NCBI GenBank assembly: GCA_050250855.1
Contig: JBFWNW010000003.1
Span: forward strand, 158,022 to 222,021
Reading direction: 5' to 3'
DNA: 64,000 bases
Origin: Candidatus Babeliales bacterium
Lineage (GTDB): Bacteria > Babelota > Babeliae > Babelales > JACPOV01
A program made the position numbers and the translations under genes. Under the pieces are notes generated by a model. It was given only the letters and a program-made list of their open reading frames with translations. It had not been told where the DNA came from and did no database searches. Below, in pieces: positions 37,305 through 47,355 of this stretch. Position 1 is the first letter of the stretch, and each line of letters begins with the position of its first letter.

Positions 37305-38594
37305 ATGAAGAAACGTATAATAATAGTTGCAGGTTTTCTTGTGTTATCTGCAGGAATCTTGCAAGCGTTTAGCTTTAAAGATATTGGCAAAGGTATAGAA
37401 AAGGGTGCTCATGAGGTTGAAAAAGGCGTAAAAAAAGGTGCCCATGAAGTTGAAAAGGGTGGCAAAACTGCCGTGGGAGCCATTACCAACATAAATCCAG
37501 CAGCCGAAGCAAATAAACTTACCAATAAAGCGTTAGGTACTCTAGGTATAAACCTTCCTGGTATTGAAAAAGATATTGTCATTATTGAGCAAAATATAGA
37601 TAGACTTATTAATGATGTAGGAGCACTAAAAAAGACCGTAAATCCTACTATAGATCAGGCAAAAAATATTGTTAGAGATTTGGGTAATTTTCAAAAAGAA
37701 GCTAAAAAAGTTGTAGGCGAAGTAAAAGCAGACGTGAAAAAAATAGCCGGTGCAATAACCGATCCTTCAAAAATTCCTGGCTTAGCACTTGAAGCTGGCA
37801 AAGAAGGACTTACGGGTATAAAAGCACTTGCTGACATACACGCAACTTTATTAAAAGATATTGACGGCCTTGAACTTAAAGCTACGCTTGATCTAGCCTC
37901 ACGTTTAACGCAAGAAGTTTCTTCTCTTTTAAATGCTATTGAAGGATTAGAAAAAAACACTGGTCGTCTCGGTTCTCTGGTAATACCAAACAACTTAAAA
38001 ACAGCATTATCACAAGCAAAACAACATATTAATAATCTTGCCTTACATACCGGTAAAATTTATCAACCAATAGGCCTCTCTGCTCAAGAAATGGAACTTC
38101 AAGTTGCTATGGGACTTCTTTCCAACTTATCGGGAATAGTAAGCTTAAAAGATGATATTACAAAAACGGTTTCCGTAACGAAAGAACAGATTGGTATTAT
38201 TACCAAAACACTTCCATTGCTAAAGCAGCAAATAGGCGCTTTGAAAAAATATGCTAAAGATTTACCAAAAACAGTTGCTAATGGTTTATTGGATAGATTC
38301 AAAAGCAACCCGCCAGCAATCATTGTAGCGGGTCCTAGTTATGCAGTTACATCAGTGCAAGCGGCAATAAAAACATTTAATACCTACATAAATAATATTA
38401 TGCGTGATGGTAATAAATTATTACTTGCTCTGAGCACGATCATTAGCACTGGTGCTGCAGCAGCAGATACGTTTAATAAAACATTAAAAGATCATGCTAT
38501 TCTGCCTCAACAATCTCTTGATGCGCTCAAAGATGTTGGTGTAGATACTAAAGACTTATCACAAGATGTGGTAAATCTTGGACGAGCATTGTAA
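37305..38594 (+). CDS. Secreted all-helical amphipathic hypothetical protein
   Basis: Signal peptide; KGAHEVEKG repeated at 11-residue spacing; long L/I/K/D heptad-like helices. Confidence 0.8.
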   Translation: MKKRIIIVAGFLVLSAGILQAFSFKDIGKGIEKGAHEVEKGVKKGAHEVEKGGKTAVGAITNINPAAEANKLTNKALGTLGINLPGIEKDIVIIEQNIDRLINDVGALKKTVNPTIDQAKNIVRDLGNFQKEAKKVVGEVKADVKKIAGAITDPSKIPGLALEAGKEGLTGIKALADIHATLLKDIDGLELKATLDLASRLTQEVSSLLNAIEGLEKNTGRLGSLVIPNNLKTALSQAKQHINNLALHTGKIYQPIGLSAQEMELQVAMGLLSNLSGIVSLKDDITKTVSVTKEQIGIITKTLPLLKQQIGALKKYAKDLPKTVANGLLDRFKSNPPAIIVAGPSYAVTSVQAAIKTFNTYINNIMRDGNKLLLALSTIISTGAAAADTFNKTLKDHAILPQQSLDALKDVGVDTKDLSQDVVNLGRAL

Positions 38595-38634
38595 AAATAG
38601 AAGTTATTATAATACCTAAAAAAAGGAGATCGTA

Positions 38635-39792
38635 ATGAAAAAGCTAATGTTAGCAGTTTTAGCGGCTGCAACAATAACCAATATCTATGCAGAACGCTTA
38701 TCCCCAAGGATAGGCATTACAAGAAAACCAAAAAATGAAGTAAATTTCAGTATTTTAACTATTAATATGGGACTTCTTGCGCTGACTACTGATATTTTGC
38801 AAGATCTTGGCGGCGATGAATTAAAGAAAATTGGTGCAGAAGACATTGTTAAAAATATATTGAATATTTTTGGACTTGGTGGCTCAACAAAGCTTATGGA
38901 AGTTGGAAAGCTAAAACACAACAAAGAACGTGCTTTACTCTTGAGCGAAACTCTTAAAAGATTACAGCGTGAAGGTAAGTTGCCGGGAATTGTTTTAATG
39001 CAGGAAGGCTTTGACGTACCTGTTGTAAAAAATGATTTTTATAAAGCTATGAGCTCGGTATATCCTTACCACTATCAAGATGAACGCGCTGGCCGTGTAA
39101 CGGTTGATGCAAGAGGTAAAAAAATAAAATTACCAATTGGTACCAACTCTGGGTTATCTTTATTTAGTATGTATCCTCTTAAAAAAGTACAAGTTTGGGA
39201 CTATGAATGTTTTGTTGGTGAAGGAGCATTCGCACGTAAAGGTCTTTTAGGTGCTGAAGTTAACATTAATGGTCAAACCGTATACGTCTTTACAACGCAC
39301 TTGCAAGCAGGAGTTGGTGCTGAACCATTCAAATTCCTTAATAAAGAAAACCTTCTTCCTACACAATGTAAACTTGATGGTAAACTTATAGATCCAAAAA
39401 CGCAAAAACTAACAACTGATGATGTTCGTAAAGCAGAATTACAACAAGCAGCTCAACTTATCAATCAATTTGCTACTGATAAAAAGGCTCCCGTAATCCT
39501 TGCCGGTGACTTTAATATGAATGCTAATGATCCTAAAAAAATAGAAACTATTAAATCAGTATTCCCTCAGGCAGAGTTGCTTTATAATGCAGGAAAATCA
39601 GCTCCTCATACAGGAACTGTATGGAATGTAACCAATAAAAAGCTTGATGAAGGAAATAGAATTGACCACATGATCATTATCCGTAATCCAGGTAATAGAC
39701 TTACGGGTGATGCATGGATTGATGCTATAAACTTCACGTGGCAAATATCTGACCATGCTGCTATGATTGGTGAATTCTCATTACAAAAATAA
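38635..39792 (+). CDS. Secreted EEP-superfamily phosphodiesterase, neutral sphingomyelinase-like
   Basis: Signal peptide; T.N, QE, NSGL..FS.YP, FARKG, THLQA, AGDFN, RIDH, SDH. Confidence 0.85.
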   Translation: MKKLMLAVLAAATITNIYAERLSPRIGITRKPKNEVNFSILTINMGLLALTTDILQDLGGDELKKIGAEDIVKNILNIFGLGGSTKLMEVGKLKHNKERALLLSETLKRLQREGKLPGIVLMQEGFDVPVVKNDFYKAMSSVYPYHYQDERAGRVTVDARGKKIKLPIGTNSGLSLFSMYPLKKVQVWDYECFVGEGAFARKGLLGAEVNINGQTVYVFTTHLQAGVGAEPFKFLNKENLLPTQCKLDGKLIDPKTQKLTTDDVRKAELQQAAQLINQFATDKKAPVILAGDFNMNANDPKKIETIKSVFPQAELLYNAGKSAPHTGTVWNVTNKKLDEGNRIDHMIIIRNPGNRLTGDAWIDAINFTWQISDHAAMIGEFSLQK

Positions 39793-39811
39793 ATGCCCAT
39801 ACTAAAAATGT

Positions 39812-39847
39812 AAAAAGAGCTTGGTGTCAAGACACCAAGCTCTTTTT
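39812..39847. terminator. Bidirectional intrinsic terminator
   Basis: Perfect inverted repeat AAAAAGAGCTTGGTGTC-AA-GACACCAAGCTCTTTTT between convergent genes. Confidence 0.9.
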
Positions 39848-39864
39848 ATTTCCTCAAATTCCTA

Positions 39865-40665
39865 TTACAAGGTAACTTGCACAAAAAATGAAGTATGCAA
39901 ATCAAATTTTCTTTGTATACCAAAAAGATGTTGCCCTATAGGACCTTGCACAAGAAGCTCTACTACCAAATTTTTACGTGTCCAAATAAAAAGAGGCCCA
40001 AAAAAAATGACATTCGCCCCACTATTTAAATCAGTAATCCCTTTTATTTTATCTCGTTCAAAAATAAAGGCATCAAACTCTGCTACCAAAAAAAAATCAG
40101 ATTTTGAACTCTTAAACCGCCTACCAAAACCCATATCCAAAAAATAACTATTACCTATTTTCGTACCATTTTTATGAGTACGCGTTAAAAAAGCTCCTGG
40201 TCCAAAATCAAAAAACCAATAATCAGACGAATGAAGAAACTGGCCTTCAATAGTAAATCCTAGTTTTCCCGATCCTAAAAACGGCATTTTATCACTTCTA
40301 CCAGTAGGTAACGTAATCCCTCCCATAATTATGGCAAGATTGCTCGGAGCCTGAAAAAACCGCCATTGAAATTCTGCGACTAAATCTGCTATGCCAGAAT
40401 GCTGGCCATCAAACGTCTTTCGCTTAAAAAAGAAAGGCGCAAAAATATCAATTTGTGTTCGCTCAGTAGTACCATATGACATATTAAACGTATAAATAAG
40501 ATCATAATTCTTTTCAGCTTTAAAATATTCTATTTCATGACTCAACTGCAGCTGCCCTTTTCCTGTCGTAATACGCTGTGCAACAGAAGGTAAATCTCGA
40601 ATTAAAGCTTCTTGAGCATCAACAAATTTTATTGTTATTAAAATTATAAATACTATCTTTCGCAT
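39865..40665 (-). CDS. Outer-membrane beta-barrel transporter-like protein (MetA-pathway/SphA-like)
   Basis: Signal peptide; YG.T....I....P, G.AD......WRF, LPTG...P.LGSG; aromatic-rich alternating strands. Confidence 0.6.
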   Translation of the reverse strand: MRKIVFIILITIKFVDAQEALIRDLPSVAQRITTGKGQLQLSHEIEYFKAEKNYDLIYTFNMSYGTTERTQIDIFAPFFFKRKTFDGQHSGIADLVAEFQWRFFQAPSNLAIIMGGITLPTGRSDKMPFLGSGKLGFTIEGQFLHSSDYWFFDFGPGAFLTRTHKNGTKIGNSYFLDMGFGRRFKSSKSDFFLVAEFDAFIFERDKIKGITDLNSGANVIFFGPLFIWTRKNLVVELLVQGPIGQHLFGIQRKFDLHTSFFVQVTL

Positions 40666-40814
40666 ACTACTCTTCTTTATTGTTAAACTATATTGTATCT
40701 AGAAATCTTATTATGTATTTATGCTATATTAATGGTAGCAAAAAAGAAAATTCTACAAATTAATTGCCTTTTTACCTCAAATGGTGCTACATAAAAAATA
40801 ATCAAAGGAGACTA

Positions 40815-41372
40815 ATGATGTTTTCGTGTGACCTTAACTTTTATCAAATATTTCTTGGTGATCATACTATTAATTTGTGCCCCATCTTAGAAATAATTTT
40901 TCGTACAAGCTTTATGTATTTTTATACCATTCTCAATATTCGTTTGATGGACAAACGAAGCATGGGCCAACTTTCCCCTTTTGAAATTATTATCATCATT
41001 GCATTGGGTACCTCAGTTGGTGACCCTATGTTCTATACGCATGTTCCTCTTTTGCAGGCAATGATTGTTATTTCAACGATTGTGTTAGTTGAACGTTTTA
41101 TCTCAAAACTCATTGATAAAAGTTCATGGGCCGAAACATTTATGGTTGGTAACCCTGTCTTATTAATTGAACATGGAGAACCGAACCATAAAGCTCTTGA
41201 TAAACAAAGTATTTCCATGAATGAACTGTGCTCTTTTTTACGCATAAAAGGAGTATCTGATATCGGCCAAGTTGAATATGCATTTCTTGAACCGTCTGGT
41301 AATATTAGCGTTCTGCTTGCACAAAATCCCAAAAAAAGTTTATCAACCGCTATGCATGCTCTCAAAAAATAA
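40815..41372 (+). CDS. DUF421/YetF family membrane protein
   Basis: R.M.KR.MGQLSPFE.II.IALG..VGDP, G.P..LI..G, LR.KG..D..QV..A.LE.SG.ISV; start at the ATG after AGGAG. Confidence 0.85.
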   Translation: MMFSCDLNFYQIFLGDHTINLCPILEIIFRTSFMYFYTILNIRLMDKRSMGQLSPFEIIIIIALGTSVGDPMFYTHVPLLQAMIVISTIVLVERFISKLIDKSSWAETFMVGNPVLLIEHGEPNHKALDKQSISMNELCSFLRIKGVSDIGQVEYAFLEPSGNISVLLAQNPKKSLSTAMHALKK

Positions 41373-41375
41373 CTA

Positions 41376-41990
41376 TTATTTAAGAGCAATCTGTAGATTA
41401 TCCTCTGCTTGTTGCCAATTGATAACATGCCACCATGCATCAATATAGTCTGGTCTTCGATTTTGATATTTTAAATAATACGCATGCTCCCAAACATCAA
41501 GACCTATTATAGGTTTATAACCTTTAGAGATAGGATTATCCTGATTATGCGTTGTTGTTACCAGTAAATGACCATTGCTATCTAAACACAACCAAGCCCA
41601 TCCACTGCCAAATACCGTCTTTGCAGCTTCATTAAATTCTTGTTTAAAAAGAGAAAAATCTTGAAAATCTTTTTTAATATGTTGCGCTAAAAAACCAACG
41701 GGATCTCCACCGCCATTTTTTTTCATTAAAGACCAGAACATTGTATGATTAAAATCACCACCACCTTGATTACGAATTGCGGTACGAACAGGATCTGGTA
41801 ATGCTGTTAAATCTTTTAACAAAGATCCTAAATTCCTATTTTGAAGTTCAGGATAATTCTCAACGGCTTTATTCAAATTATTTACATATCCTTGATGATG
41901 CTTGGTATAATGAATTTCCATAGTTTTTGCATCAATATAGGGTTCTAATGCATCAAATGCGTAAGGCAATGGTGCTAATTTATAACTCAT
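41376..41990 (-). CDS. sodA: Superoxide dismutase (Mn/Fe family, Mn-type signature)
   Basis: LPYAFDALEP.ID..TM..H..KHH, GGG..NH, FGSGWAW, NQDNP, DVWEHAYY; start moved to MSYKL. Confidence 0.95.
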   Translation of the reverse strand: MSYKLAPLPYAFDALEPYIDAKTMEIHYTKHHQGYVNNLNKAVENYPELQNRNLGSLLKDLTALPDPVRTAIRNQGGGDFNHTMFWSLMKKNGGGDPVGFLAQHIKKDFQDFSLFKQEFNEAAKTVFGSGWAWLCLDSNGHLLVTTTHNQDNPISKGYKPIIGLDVWEHAYYLKYQNRRPDYIDAWWHVINWQQAEDNLQIALK

Positions 41991-42291
41991 GTTCTCGTCC
42001 TTCATTATGAGTAGTAAGATAAAAAATTTGTTCTTGTTCATGCGCTAGTTGCAACTGCTCACGCGCAATTTTTTCTTTATAAAAAGCATAACGGTGCCAT
42101 TCATGCAACGATGTTTCTAGGACAGCCACTTCTTGTGCTAATACATCTATTTGAGCTTCAAGCATAAAATTTTCTTTACGCAAGCGCAATAATAATGGTA
42201 ATCCCTGGCTACCAAATAAATATAAAAAAATAATAGCTAAAACTTCTATACCAAAAAATATTTTAATCCATGCTTTGTGCAGTATATTCAT
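41980..42291 (-). CDS. ftsB: Septum formation initiator (FtsB/DivIC-like)
   Basis: Single TM, G..G, coiled coil, EKIAREQL.L....E. Confidence 0.8.
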   Translation of the reverse strand: MNILHKAWIKIFFGIEVLAIIFLYLFGSQGLPLLLRLRKENFMLEAQIDVLAQEVAVLETSLHEWHRYAFYKEKIAREQLQLAHEQEQIFYLTTHNEGREHEL

Positions 42292-43178
42292 AATGATACT
42301 TGAACCTCCTTTACATAAGAATCTGCTTGAATGTCTCTATGTTTTGTTACAAAAACAAATCGTTCTTGCTGTAACAAAGAAAGCTTATGAACAAAAGCTA
42401 CAGAACGGTGTCTTCCACCGGTACAGCCAAGTGCTACCGTTATAAAGAAACGCCCCTCTTTGTACGAACGTTCTAACGTAAAAGAAAAAAAATCAAAAAA
42501 GCGCTGCCAATATTCTTGTACATCTGGCAAATTAAATAAATAGTTTTGTATGGCATCACTCGTACCATCTAGTACACGCAACTGCGGATCAATATAAGGA
42601 TTTGGTAACGACCTAAGATCATAAACATAATTGCAATCAGAAGGCGCTCCATACTTAAAACCAAAAGAAACAAGATTAACAAGTAATGCATTCTTTTTTT
42701 CAATCAATGAGCTACATACAAAATGACGAAGTTGCTGAGCAGAAAGCTGATCTGTTGGCACTATAACATCTGCCAATACCTTAAGTGGTTCTAACATCTT
42801 TTTTTCAAGCTCAATAGCCGCTTGCATATCTCGATCATGAGCAAGAGGATGGCTACGACGTGTTTCTTGAAAACGCTTTTGGAGTAACGAACTATTGGCA
42901 ATAAAAAAAATTATTGTCACTTTTATATGTGGCGCATTTTTTGCTTCTTTAACAGCCTTAACGAAATATTCGAGGGTATCACCACTGCGAATATCAAGCC
43001 CTAAAGCAAACCGATTTTTTGCTCCTTGTGCAAGAAGCTGAAAAAAGGGTCCTATCAAAGCGCTGGGCAAGTTATCAACACAAAAAAAACCTGCATCTTC
43101 AAAGGCTCGCAAGGCAGTTGTTTTGCCAGCACCAGAATAACCAGTAATAATAAAAAGTTCACAGGAAGCATCATTCAT
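42288..43178 (-). CDS. rapZ: RNase adapter RapZ (YvcJ/YhbJ family)
   Basis: ITG.SGAGK..A...ED.G.FCVDNLP, D.R, ETRR.HP, SFGFKYG, LPNP, GCTGG.HRSV. Confidence 0.95.
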   Translation of the reverse strand: MNDASCELFIITGYSGAGKTTALRAFEDAGFFCVDNLPSALIGPFFQLLAQGAKNRFALGLDIRSGDTLEYFVKAVKEAKNAPHIKVTIIFFIANSSLLQKRFQETRRSHPLAHDRDMQAAIELEKKMLEPLKVLADVIVPTDQLSAQQLRHFVCSSLIEKKNALLVNLVSFGFKYGAPSDCNYVYDLRSLPNPYIDPQLRVLDGTSDAIQNYLFNLPDVQEYWQRFFDFFSFTLERSYKEGRFFITVALGCTGGRHRSVAFVHKLSLLQQERFVFVTKHRDIQADSYVKEVQVSL

Positions 43179-43317
43179 ACTAAACCTCTTATATTTTCAT
43201 ACATCTTGAGTATTATCATGGTAACACAATTATGGTCAATATATTATGTTTTGGTTGTATTTTAATACATAAACATATTAGACTACTGCTAGAACTATTT
43301 TTTTAAGGAGTAGAGCA

Positions 43318-44808
43318 ATGAACCAGTACAAAAAAATTTTTAGTGTACTACTATTTTTTTCTGCCAATCTCTATGCCCCTACACCCCAAGAACCAAAAAA
43401 GCCCGTAGAGTTTGATAAAACTATTTATAAATGGTCAAAGCCACTTTCTGAAGCTTTTTCACTTATGCATAAAGAACATGTCAACGAATCAGATCCTGAA
43501 AAACCAATGGTTGAAATGATCAAAACATTCGTAAAAAGTTTTGACCCTCATTCATATTTTCTTGATCAAAAAGGCTATGACGATATTTTGCAAAGCACTA
43601 AAGGTGAACTAAGCGGTGGCATAGGAATTTTAATTGATAACACCAAAGAACCGGATGATGATTTTTTAAAAATTATAGATACTATTCCAACGGGCCCTGC
43701 TGATAAAGCTGGCCTTAAAGCAGATGATAAAATTATTGAAATCGATGGCGAAGCGGTAAAAGGAATGGCTGTTGATGAAGCCGTTTCTAAACTTAAAGGA
43801 AAACGTGGCACTCAAGTACATATTAAAGTACTGCGCAGTGATACGGTACGCATGCTCCCGTTCACCCTTACTAGAGATATTGTCAAAGAGCCAAATGCTC
43901 TGTGCTATCATATTAAAGATCACAATGTAATTTATTTATGCTTGACAATGTTTACAGAAAACTCTGTCAAGCAGCTTGAACAGGTATTTAAAAAAATTAA
44001 AGATTATAAATCAAAAGCTTTAATTATTGATCTACGTAATAACTCGGGCGGATTACTTGATGCTGCTATTGATATTGCCAGTCTCTTTTTACCGCGCAAC
44101 AGCCTTGTAGTTATTACCAAAGGAAGAAATGATAAAGAGCTTGATCGCTATCACACCAAAAAAGACCCTATCGCTCCGCTTAATGTACCTATATTTTTTA
44201 TTGTAAATAATTTTACTGCCTCTGCTGCAGAAATTTTACCAGGCTGCCTGCAAAAACATGCTGATCAAAAACAAGGCGATAAAAACGTTGGGCAACATGT
44301 TTTTATAGTCGGCACCAAAACATACGGCAAAGGAAATTGGCAAGAAGTAAAACCGATCAGCAATGATTGTGCTATTGCTATTACTAAAGGGGTATACTGT
44401 TTACCTGATGGCTCATGCATTCAAGGCGAAGGCATTATGCCAGATTTCTGCATAGAAGCAAAGCTTCCACCATCACAAGAGGTATTATGGTACAATAAAA
44501 TGCATGGCAGAGAAAGTAATCACAAAAATGCTCTTAAAAATAATCATGAAAACAGCACACAAAAAACTAACGGCAAAAAAGAAGAACAAAAAAAAGAAGC
44601 TGAAAAAAGTTGGCATGAAAAAAAACAGGAGCTTATAGGTTCTGATTATATGATTTTGAGCACCCTGCGCTTGATTGAACTGTTTGATATGGCTCAAAAA
44701 AGCTATGCTGACAAGATGAAAACCCGCAAAGGAACTATGGAACTTCTGCAAAAACTCTATACACCAGATGACAAGGCTGCCCTAGAAGAAATTAAAATTG
44801 AGGGCTAA
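43318..44808 (+). CDS. S41 family C-terminal processing protease with PDZ domain
   Basis: DPHS, GIG, PA.KAGL, DLRNNSGG, TASAAEI (Ser), TYGKG (Lys). Confidence 0.92.
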   Translation: MNQYKKIFSVLLFFSANLYAPTPQEPKKPVEFDKTIYKWSKPLSEAFSLMHKEHVNESDPEKPMVEMIKTFVKSFDPHSYFLDQKGYDDILQSTKGELSGGIGILIDNTKEPDDDFLKIIDTIPTGPADKAGLKADDKIIEIDGEAVKGMAVDEAVSKLKGKRGTQVHIKVLRSDTVRMLPFTLTRDIVKEPNALCYHIKDHNVIYLCLTMFTENSVKQLEQVFKKIKDYKSKALIIDLRNNSGGLLDAAIDIASLFLPRNSLVVITKGRNDKELDRYHTKKDPIAPLNVPIFFIVNNFTASAAEILPGCLQKHADQKQGDKNVGQHVFIVGTKTYGKGNWQEVKPISNDCAIAITKGVYCLPDGSCIQGEGIMPDFCIEAKLPPSQEVLWYNKMHGRESNHKNALKNNHENSTQKTNGKKEEQKKEAEKSWHEKKQELIGSDYMILSTLRLIELFDMAQKSYADKMKTRKGTMELLQKLYTPDDKAALEEIKIEG

Positions 44809-44922
44809 AGATATTTTCCGATAAGAATTAAGCATTAATACTAGTACGGAGCCATTCACTTCTATTTTATTAATATTTTGTTAAAATAATACTAGTTAGA
44901 TAGCTCAACAAAGGAAATCTTC

Positions 44923-45675
44923 ATGAGCCAGCCATTTATAAAAATTAAAAACGTTTCAAAAATATACCAAACAAAAGATACATCGGTTCGTGCCCTTAAT
45001 GCTATTAATCTTGATATTTACAAGGGTGAAGTATTATCTTTACTTGGTGTTAATGGAGCTGGAAAAACTACATTATCCTCAATTTTGGCGACTCTTCATC
45101 CCCCTACAAGTGGTGATGTTCTGTACCAGGACCACTCTATCTATAATAATCTTATAGCATATCGCACTGCTATGGGATTTTGTCCTCAACGTCCCAATTT
45201 GGATCCTTTTTTAAATGTTGAAGAAAACCTTATTTTTGCCGGTCACTATTTTTTGCTAGACAAAAAAACTATTGAACAAAGAAAAAATCATCTCATAAAG
45301 CTCCTTGGCTTACAAAAATACATTCATTTTAAGGTCGATAGACTTTCTGGTGGTTACAAACAGCGCTTACTTATTGCTCGTGCCCTCATGCATAATCCTG
45401 ATTTAATTATTCTAGATGAACCAACTGTTGGCCTTGACCCAGATATTCGTCATCAACTATGGGATATTATTATCGCGTTAAAAAATGAAGGTAAAACTGT
45501 TATCTTAACAACACATTATTTGCAAGAGGCAGAAAAATTATCTGATCGCGTTTGCATTTTAAGCAAAGGTAAAATCATTATGATAGCAACATTACATGAC
45601 CTCAAGGAAAAGCATAAAAAAGAAACTCTTGAAGAAATCTTTTTAGATCTCGTACACAAAGAAGAAGATGAATAA
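44923..45675 (+). CDS. ABC transporter ATP-binding protein (ABC-2/DrrA type)
   Basis: GVNGAGKT, LSGG, ILDEPT.GLD, TTHY..EAE. Confidence 0.93.
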   Translation: MSQPFIKIKNVSKIYQTKDTSVRALNAINLDIYKGEVLSLLGVNGAGKTTLSSILATLHPPTSGDVLYQDHSIYNNLIAYRTAMGFCPQRPNLDPFLNVEENLIFAGHYFLLDKKTIEQRKNHLIKLLGLQKYIHFKVDRLSGGYKQRLLIARALMHNPDLIILDEPTVGLDPDIRHQLWDIIIALKNEGKTVILTTHYLQEAEKLSDRVCILSKGKIIMIATLHDLKEKHKKETLEEIFLDLVHKEEDE

Positions 45676-46468
45676 AAGTACGTTCAATATTTTAGTTGCC
45701 CTACAGCTCATAAGACGAGACCTTCTAGTTATAATTAAAAATCGCTTGTTTGATGATCTTATTGATACAACTCTTGTTACATTTTTATTCAATTTTATAT
45801 TTGGCTATTTAAGCCCTCTTATGGGAATAGATAAAAATCTTATTGCAGCTACTTTTTTGGGATCATTTACCGGCAGTATTGTTTTTATTTGTTTTTCACG
45901 AGCACTTAATGATTTAGCTGATCTTGAGATGAATAAATTTATCGATTACCGCAGAACGCTCCCTTTTTCTTCGCGTTGGTTTTTAACGACACAAGTAATA
46001 AGCTATGCTCTACATTGCCTGATTACAACGCTTCCCGTTTTGATAATTGGAATACTATTATTAAAAAATCGTTTAGATTTTTCACATGCAAATTGGGCTT
46101 TATTTAGCATACTCTATATAAATGTCATTATGCTTATTGCTTCATTCTTTTCATGTTTGGTTTTTACTAGTTCCTTTGCCTGGTTTAAATTCAATGTATG
46201 GCAGCGCATTTTAAGCCCTTTGCTTCTTTTAGGGTGTTCATTTTTTTCTTGGAAAAAAGCATACCTCTTTTCTCCTATTTTTGCTCAGTCTCTTTTGATT
46301 AATCCCATGACCTACTGCATTGAAGGACTAAGATCAGGACTATTTGGCAGCATACTTTTCTTGCCAGTTTCCTTGTGCTTTCCTGTTGTTGCTCTAGTAT
46401 GCGGTATTTTATTCGGTACATTACTAACATTGATATTAAAAAATCTTGATTGGGTAAAAGAATCATGA
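45668..46468 (+). CDS. ABC-2 type permease
   Basis: Six TMs, NPMTYCIEGLR motif; overlaps the ATPase stop. Confidence 0.85.
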   Translation: MNKSTFNILVALQLIRRDLLVIIKNRLFDDLIDTTLVTFLFNFIFGYLSPLMGIDKNLIAATFLGSFTGSIVFICFSRALNDLADLEMNKFIDYRRTLPFSSRWFLTTQVISYALHCLITTLPVLIIGILLLKNRLDFSHANWALFSILYINVIMLIASFFSCLVFTSSFAWFKFNVWQRILSPLLLLGCSFFSWKKAYLFSPIFAQSLLINPMTYCIEGLRSGLFGSILFLPVSLCFPVVALVCGILFGTLLTLILKNLDWVKES

Positions 46469-47262
46469 GTTTAACACTACGCTTCGTACGTATTTTTGGT
46501 TATTTCTTACTACGTGATATATATGCTTTTAAAAACCATTGGCGGCGTGTTTTTTTTAATTTTTCAACCATTCTTCCTTTGGTTTCTTCTCTTGTATTCG
46601 GCTACTTTTTACCAAATAGTACCATGATTAATGCAACACCAGTAGAAAGCACTATTTTTTTTGTCGGTTGCATTCTATGGAGCATATTTCCTTTAGCATT
46701 CCTCATGAATCTTGACTTAATATTTGATTTGGAACATCAGCGATTTATTGATTATCAAATTATAATGTTTAATCCTATTCTCATTTTATTAGAAAAAATT
46801 ATTTTTTCAGGTCTTATAACGTTTTTTAATATTGTATTATTCTTTCCTATTTCAAAAATAATTTTAGGTAGCTATTTTTATACTACTAATACTTCGTGGC
46901 CCTCCCTCTTTCTTATTCTCATGCTTGGATCATTGTTTTGTGCAACCTTCAACATATTCATGCTTTGTTATATCAAAAGCAGCCAATCAATTGGAAGATT
47001 CTGGATGCGCGTAAACAATCCTCTTATCACATTAGGAGGCCTCTTTATGCCCTGGTATATCATGGCAAAATATTCCTATTTTTTGGGTAATTTGGCATTA
47101 GCAAATCCTTTAATATATCTTACAGAGGGCGTTCGAGCTTCAATTATAGGGGGACCCCATTTTTTCTCTGTTTTCACAGCAAGTCTTGCTCTTATCATAT
47201 TCTCGACCTTCTTTTTTATTCTGAGCTGTATTTTTTTTAAAAAAAAGGTTGATTATGTATAA
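46465..47262 (+). CDS. ABC-2 type permease
   Basis: Six TMs, NPLIYLTEGVR; ATGA overlap with the previous gene. Confidence 0.85.
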   Translation: MSLTLRFVRIFGYFLLRDIYAFKNHWRRVFFNFSTILPLVSSLVFGYFLPNSTMINATPVESTIFFVGCILWSIFPLAFLMNLDLIFDLEHQRFIDYQIIMFNPILILLEKIIFSGLITFFNIVLFFPISKIILGSYFYTTNTSWPSLFLILMLGSLFCATFNIFMLCYIKSSQSIGRFWMRVNNPLITLGGLFMPWYIMAKYSYFLGNLALANPLIYLTEGVRASIIGGPHFFSVFTASLALIIFSTFFFILSCIFFKKKVDYV

Positions 47263-47278
47263 CTTTTTTAAGAATATC

Positions 47279-47307
47279 TTGACTACAATGGGAAAAAGGC
47301 GTATCAT
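47279..47307 (+). promoter_or_regulatory. Sigma70-like promoter
   Basis: TTGACT-17 nt-TATCAT, one mismatch per box from consensus. Confidence 0.6.
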
Positions 47308-47355
47308 CTCCTTTATCCAGATTGAAAGATCTTAACCCTCTTTATATAGGTCTTT

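Noticed and set aside
35508..38323. Several 100-170 aa minus-strand ORFs within the lipid-locus orphans
   Set aside because: They are fully antisense to longer ORFs that have an RBS and signal peptide, and show typical shadow-ORF composition
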